From an uncultured virus (IMG/VR IMGVR_UViG_3300025466_000001) (lineage: Duplodnaviria > Heunggongvirae > Uroviricota > Caudoviricetes): a DNA stretch of 20,000 nt. A program made the position numbers and the translations under genes. How positions within the stretch are numbered: the stretch's first letter is position 1; each line of letters opens with the position of its first letter. The notes beneath the pieces are model-generated. The model ran no database searches. It was not told the DNA's origin and worked only from the letters and a program-made list of their open reading frames with translations. The stretch is from IMG/VR virus record IMGVR_UViG_3300025466_000001. The stretch is one strand, 5' to 3'. Positions 15,423 to 20,000 of this stretch are shown piece by piece.

Positions 15423-15719
15423 ATGGTTGCTCAAGTTAAACCCACAAGCAAAAATAGCCCAGCTATTAAAGTCGGAAATAACAAAAACATTCTGCCTGCT
15501 GAAAAGTACGCTACTCCACATGATATGAGCGGAAACCCAGTTAAGGGTGGTTTGCCTACTGTGTCTGATCAAGACGGTACAAGCTGGTCTAATGAAATGA
15601 AAATTTCTGTAGGCAACGTTACCAAAGGTCCAGACCCTAAGACTAAAACTACCGGTATTGAGACTCGCGGTAATGGCGCTGCTACTAAAGGTCGCACTGC
15701 ACGTGGCCCAATGGCCTAA
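15423..15719 (+). CDS. small hypothetical protein
   Basis: C-terminal GIETRGNGAATKGRTARGPMA motif. Confidence 0.7.
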   Translation: MVAQVKPTSKNSPAIKVGNNKNILPAEKYATPHDMSGNPVKGGLPTVSDQDGTSWSNEMKISVGNVTKGPDPKTKTTGIETRGNGAATKGRTARGPMA

Positions 15720-15733
15720 TAGGGAAAACCCTA

Positions 15734-16663
15734 ATGAATTACACCCAACTGTACCAAGCAATAATTGACTACAGCGAGAACAGTGAACCGCTGTTTATAA
15801 ACAATATCCCACGCTTTGTAATGGAAGCAGAAGATAGGGTTTATAACAGCGTTCAAATTCCTTCGCTTCGTAAAAACGTAATTGGTACTTTAACGGGTAG
15901 TAATAAGTATTTATCTTGCCCTAATGACTATTTGTCGACTTACTCTTTGGCTGTAATTGGTGCTGATGGCACATATACATACCTTTTAAACAAAGATGTT
16001 AACTTCATCCGTGAAGCATACCCAGACCAAACAGCTACTGGCTTGCCAAGATACTATGCTTTATTTGGTTCGCAGTACACCAATCCTAATGAACTAACTT
16101 TCATTCTCGGACCAACACCTGATATTAACTATCAGGCGGAACTGCACTATTTCTACTACCCTGTATCCATTGTTCAGGGCGCTATTTCGACTTTTGGTGT
16201 TTCTTCAACCCAAGGATTTAACGGTGGATCACAGTACACTAACGGCGTTTATTCTAACGTACCTTTAACTGGCGGAAGCGGTTCTGGGGCAACAGCAACT
16301 ATCGTTGTTGCAGGTGGTTCTGTAACATCAGTGACTTTAACTAACCCCGGTAATTTTTATGCGGTTGGAAACTTACTTAGCGCAAGCACTTCATATCTTG
16401 GGGGCGGTACGGGCTTTGTGGTTCCTGTTACAACCGTTAATAACCCAACTGGTACAAGCTGGCTTGGCGATAATTATGACCCAATCTTGTTTTATGGCGC
16501 TATGCGTGAAGCCATTCTGTTTATGAAGGGCGAGCAAGATATGGTAAATTACTACGAAAAAATGTACCAAGAAGCCGTTGCCCAACTCAATCGTCTTGGA
16601 ACTGGTCTGGAACGTGGCGACGCGTACCGTGATGGGCAAGCTAAAATTAAGGTTAATCCATGA
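15734..16663 (+). CDS. putative adaptor/tail tubular protein with an inserted Gly/Thr-rich beta domain
   Basis: MNYTQL..IPRFV..AEDRVY, GLPRYYA, LGPTPD..Y..ELHY, WLGDNYDPILFYG, YEKMYQEA. Confidence 0.7.
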   Translation: MNYTQLYQAIIDYSENSEPLFINNIPRFVMEAEDRVYNSVQIPSLRKNVIGTLTGSNKYLSCPNDYLSTYSLAVIGADGTYTYLLNKDVNFIREAYPDQTATGLPRYYALFGSQYTNPNELTFILGPTPDINYQAELHYFYYPVSIVQGAISTFGVSSTQGFNGGSQYTNGVYSNVPLTGGSGSGATATIVVAGGSVTSVTLTNPGNFYAVGNLLSASTSYLGGGTGFVVPVTTVNNPTGTSWLGDNYDPILFYGAMREAILFMKGEQDMVNYYEKMYQEAVAQLNRLGTGLERGDAYRDGQAKIKVNP

Positions 16664-17097
16664 GTATTGTTCAAGGGCAGTGCACAGTCTTCAAAACCAA
16701 CCTGCTAAGCGGGTTGGAGAATTTTGCTGTCGGTTCTACATACACATACAAAATCGCCCTTTATACCGGCAGCGCCAATTTAAACAATTCAACAACGGCA
16801 TACACAACTTCTAATGAGGTTATTGGGACTGGATATACCGCTGGAGGCAAAACCCTTACTGTAACTGTGTACCCAACAGGTGATACAAACTCTAATACGG
16901 CATATATCTCATTTGCCAACGTTGTTTGGAGCCCTGCTAGCTTTACGGCTAGGTGTGCATTAATCTATAATAGCACTACTGGTGCGGCTGTTTGCGTATT
17001 AGATTTCGGTTCAGATAAGACCAATACGCAAGCAGGAACATTTACAGTAACTTTCCCAACACCAACGGCGTCCAACGCCATTATTAGACTTAGCTAG
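16660..17097 (+). CDS. putative tail-associated structural protein
   Basis: FKTNLLSG..YKIALYT..NEV.GTGYTAGG..ALIYN..VLDFGSDK; ATGA coupling. Confidence 0.65.
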   Translation: MSIVQGQCTVFKTNLLSGLENFAVGSTYTYKIALYTGSANLNNSTTAYTTSNEVIGTGYTAGGKTLTVTVYPTGDTNSNTAYISFANVVWSPASFTARCALIYNSTTGAAVCVLDFGSDKTNTQAGTFTVTFPTPTASNAIIRLS

Positions 17098-17105
17098 GAG
17101 CAATT

Positions 17106-17684
17106 ATGAGTGACGAAAAAATGGGCATGGGCGACTTCGTTGACGCAACAGTAACCCGCAATGCAGGTAGCGCAGAACAAGTTAACGTAGACGGCGTATA
17201 TACAGCCGAATGCTACGACGCAGCTGGCAATTTAAAATGGTCAGATGTTATTGAGAACCTTACAACTAACGTAGGTCGCGCTTCATTGAACGATGCTTAC
17301 TTAGGTAACACTGCGGCTGGTGCCGTTGTTATGGGTTTAAAAGGTACTGGTACTGCAGCTTACACAGACACACAAGCATCACATGCAGGTTGGTTGGAAG
17401 TTGGTGGTACTAATGCTCCAACATATTCTGGCACACGTAAGACTCCAGCTTTCTCATCTTCTACTTCAGCTAACCCAGCAGTTAAAACAACTTCTGCTGC
17501 TGTTGTGTTTACGATGACTGGTTCTGGTACTGTTGCTGGTGCATTTATTAACGTTGGCGGTTCAGCTACTATTGATAACACTACTGGTGTATTGTTCTCT
17601 GCAGGTGACTTTACTGCTGGTTCTAAGACTGTAACTTCTGGCGATACAATTAACGTTACATACACTCTAAGCGCTGCTGGCTAA
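17106..17684 (+). CDS. putative tail-associated structural protein
   Basis: AGGAG RBS; KWSD.IENLTTNVG and KTVTSGDTINVTY; beta-rich composition. Confidence 0.65.
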   Translation: MSDEKMGMGDFVDATVTRNAGSAEQVNVDGVYTAECYDAAGNLKWSDVIENLTTNVGRASLNDAYLGNTAAGAVVMGLKGTGTAAYTDTQASHAGWLEVGGTNAPTYSGTRKTPAFSSSTSANPAVKTTSAAVVFTMTGSGTVAGAFINVGGSATIDNTTGVLFSAGDFTAGSKTVTSGDTINVTYTLSAAG

Positions 17685-17731
17685 TAGTTGTTGTTTGTTG
17701 TACCCGTTAAAAATTAGATAGAGAGTTATAT

Positions 17732-20000
17732 ATGAGTTTAGTCCTACAGGATAGAGTAAGAGAAACCACAGCCGTAACGGGTACAGGTTCGGCTACGCTA
17801 TTGGGCGCTGTTACTGGATACCAGCCGTTTTCAGTTGTTGGTAACACAAACATTTGCTACTACACTATTGCAGATCAATCTGGCCCAAACTGGGAAGTAG
17901 GTATTGGTACATACTCAACTACTGGTCCTACCCTTGCTCGTACAACTGTTTTAGCTTCTTCTAATTCTGGCGCATTAGTTAACTTTACTACTGGTACTAA
18001 AGATGTATTTTTAACTTACCCATCTGAAAAAGCTGTTTATTATGATGCAAACAATTATGTAGGTATTGGTACTGGCGCGCCAGTTGCCCCTCTTACTGTA
18101 TATAACGCAACATCTGCAATCTTATCTGTTGATGGTGATGCTGGCGCAAACATGAGGGTAACAAGATACGGGAATGACGCAAATAATTCATTTGTATCAA
18201 TCAGAAAAGCAAGAGGAACATTTGCATCTCCTACTGCTGTTGCATCTGGAGATGTTCTTGGAACTTTACAATTTGTAGGATATGGCGGTACAAACTACAG
18301 AGGATTGGCTTATGTTTCTTCTACCGTAGGTACTTATACTTCTGATACAGATATTTCTGCATTTCTTGCTTTTTCAACTACGCCAACTGGAACAACAACA
18401 GCTGTAGAGCGTATGCGTATTGATACAACTGGTTTTGTTGGAATTAATACAACAACACCATCTGACCAATTAACAATTCAATCGCCAACTACAGCAGTTA
18501 GACCAGCTGGCTCTCCAACATTATTAATTTATGGAGATAACAACACTGAGCGTGTTGTTGTTGCTTCTGTTACACAACCTGTTCTTGGTGGACGTGGTTA
18601 CAGCGGTAGTTATGCTTCAAAAGGGGCTGTAGCAGCTAACCAATATTTAGCAGACTTCCAAGGTCAAGGATATTACGATAGTGTGAGTAATCCTTCTCTT
18701 GGTGGTCGTATGGGTATATATGCTGAAGAACTTTGGACTTCAACTGCTCGTGGCACATATATTGCGTTTACAACTACTAATGCTACAACCACTAGTAGCT
18801 CTGAAAAGATGCGCATTACCTCTACTGGTAACGTAGGTGTTGGAACTAATAGTCCCGGTGGAGATTCAACAAACAGAGTAGTTGCTGCATCAGGGTCTAG
18901 TTCAGCTAGTTTTAGCACATTTTGTGGATCAGTTAATACTAACTATGCTTCTATTGGCACAGCTGGTCTCCACGGTACAGTATCCAACCATGATTTTACT
19001 TTTATTACCAATAACACGGAAAAGATGCGTCTCACCACTGGTGGGTTAGTTGGTATTGGAACTACAGCTCCAACTGCAACTGTAAGTATTAATTCAACTG
19101 GTAATGGCACTGCAAATGCTGTTGCGCTATTAGCGTATGGTGGCGCTCTTGGAACAACTCTTGACTCAATGCAATATGTTTCAGAGTTTAATGCTAATGC
19201 TGGTAATAATATCCGTTTGCTTTTTGTTGCGCATAGAACTGTTGCTGGCGCAGATTGGACAACAAGTGCTTGGCGTATTCAGCCAGCTGTAGATGCTTCA
19301 TTTACTAGCCCTGGTGGTAATAGAGGTTACATTGAACTAGCCTTTGGTAGCTCTAGTTCTTACACGGGTATTGGTTTAAGTGGTACAGGAACTACTACAC
19401 CAGATTTTATTGTTAATAGTTCTGGTAACGTAGGTATTGGAACTCTTGCCCCAGGAAATAAGGTAGTAGTAAATACAAACACAAACTCCGCAAATTGGAT
19501 ATCTTTAAATAACGCCAATGCTGGTAGTTCTGCCACTATGGGTGTATTGCTTGGTAATGATGCCAACGGTGCTTATGGCGCATTAAGAGTTAATAGCTCT
19601 ACCAACACAGCTGCTCCTGGCGGTGCAAATGGTATTTCTATTGGATCATATGGCACAAACAACTTTGCCTTAATGACCGCTGGTACAGAGCGAGTAACCA
19701 TTAGTGGCTCTACCGGTTATGTTGGTATTGGTACTACTAGCCCAACAGCTTTGCTTAATGTTTCTTCTGGAACTGGTGTAACACCATCGGCTTTAGTTGG
19801 CCCACAGGCTAAATACACATTTGATTATCAAGGTAATGGTATTAGTTATTTTGATCAAGCACAAATTTCATTTAGAACTTACGCTGGAGTTGGTTGCGGA
19901 TATTTAGCTACTTCAACAAATACTGTTTTAACTTTAACTTCTACTACTGGTTATTCTGCTTTTGTAGTAAATTCAGCTACTGGAACTACGTCATATTATA
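17732..20000 (+). CDS. long tail fibre / receptor-binding protein, 5' part (>750 aa, runs off the window)
   Basis: ATG 17732 MSLVLQDRVRETT..WEVGIGTY..LARTTVLASSNSG..GTKDVFLTYP; frame open to 20000; VG(I/V)(G/N)TxxP repeats at 18059, 18437, 18833, 19049, 19430 and 19721, several preceded by E(R/K)MR(I/L). Not in the ORF track because it has no stop in the window. Confidence 0.88.
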   Translation, partial: MSLVLQDRVRETTAVTGTGSATLLGAVTGYQPFSVVGNTNICYYTIADQSGPNWEVGIGTYSTTGPTLARTTVLASSNSGALVNFTTGTKDVFLTYPSEKAVYYDANNYVGIGTGAPVAPLTVYNATSAILSVDGDAGANMRVTRYGNDANNSFVSIRKARGTFASPTAVASGDVLGTLQFVGYGGTNYRGLAYVSSTVGTYTSDTDISAFLAFSTTPTGTTTAVERMRIDTTGFVGINTTTPSDQLTIQSPTTAVRPAGSPTLLIYGDNNTERVVVASVTQPVLGGRGYSGSYASKGAVAANQYLADFQGQGYYDSVSNPSLGGRMGIYAEELWTSTARGTYIAFTTTNATTTSSSEKMRITSTGNVGVGTNSPGGDSTNRVVAASGSSSASFSTFCGSVNTNYASIGTAGLHGTVSNHDFTFITNNTEKMRLTTGGLVGIGTTAPTATVSINSTGNGTANAVALLAYGGALGTTLDSMQYVSEFNANAGNNIRLLFVAHRTVAGADWTTSAWRIQPAVDASFTSPGGNRGYIELAFGSSSSYTGIGLSGTGTTTPDFIVNSSGNVGIGTLAPGNKVVVNTNTNSANWISLNNANAGSSATMGVLLGNDANGAYGALRVNSSTNTAAPGGANGISIGSYGTNNFALMTAGTERVTISGSTGYVGIGTTSPTALLNVSSGTGVTPSALVGPQAKYTFDYQGNGISYFDQAQISFRTYAGVGCGYLATSTNTVLTLTSTTGYSAFVVNSATGTTSYY

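Noticed and set aside
15213..15761. 182-aa minus-strand ORF
   Set aside because: It is antisense to two small plus-strand genes that share motifs with their neighbours, and has no recognisable features.
1..20000. tRNA, rRNA, integrase, transposase, intron/intein or alternative genetic code
   Set aside because: None seen; terL, portal and capsid genes are uninterrupted and all genes read normally in the standard bacterial code.

Overview
This window is part of a tailed dsDNA phage genome with podovirus-like gene order; a betaproteobacterial (Burkholderiales-like) host is inferred, not proven. Positions 1-562 hold two leftward early-type genes. Positions ~600-1690 are a largely non-coding control region. 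It contains a G-quadruplex-type tract, an IHF-like site, an array of paired operator-like palindromes, a sigma70 promoter overlapped by a PhaR-type box upstream of an uncalled 44-aa amphipathic ORF, and a convergent candidate sRNA with an anti-Shine-Dalgarno loop. The rightward morphogenesis operon follows: putative TerS, TerL, portal, GroES-like co-chaperonin, scaffold-like protein, putative decoration protein and major capsid protein. After that come an inverted GNAT + HNH cassette, a structured 5' leader, a run of small basic proteins sharing short motifs, adaptor/tail proteins, and a long tail fibre ORF running off the right end. The most interesting element is the 600-1690 region, which looks like a host-physiology sensing or decoy hub. 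All calls come from manual reading; no searches were run.
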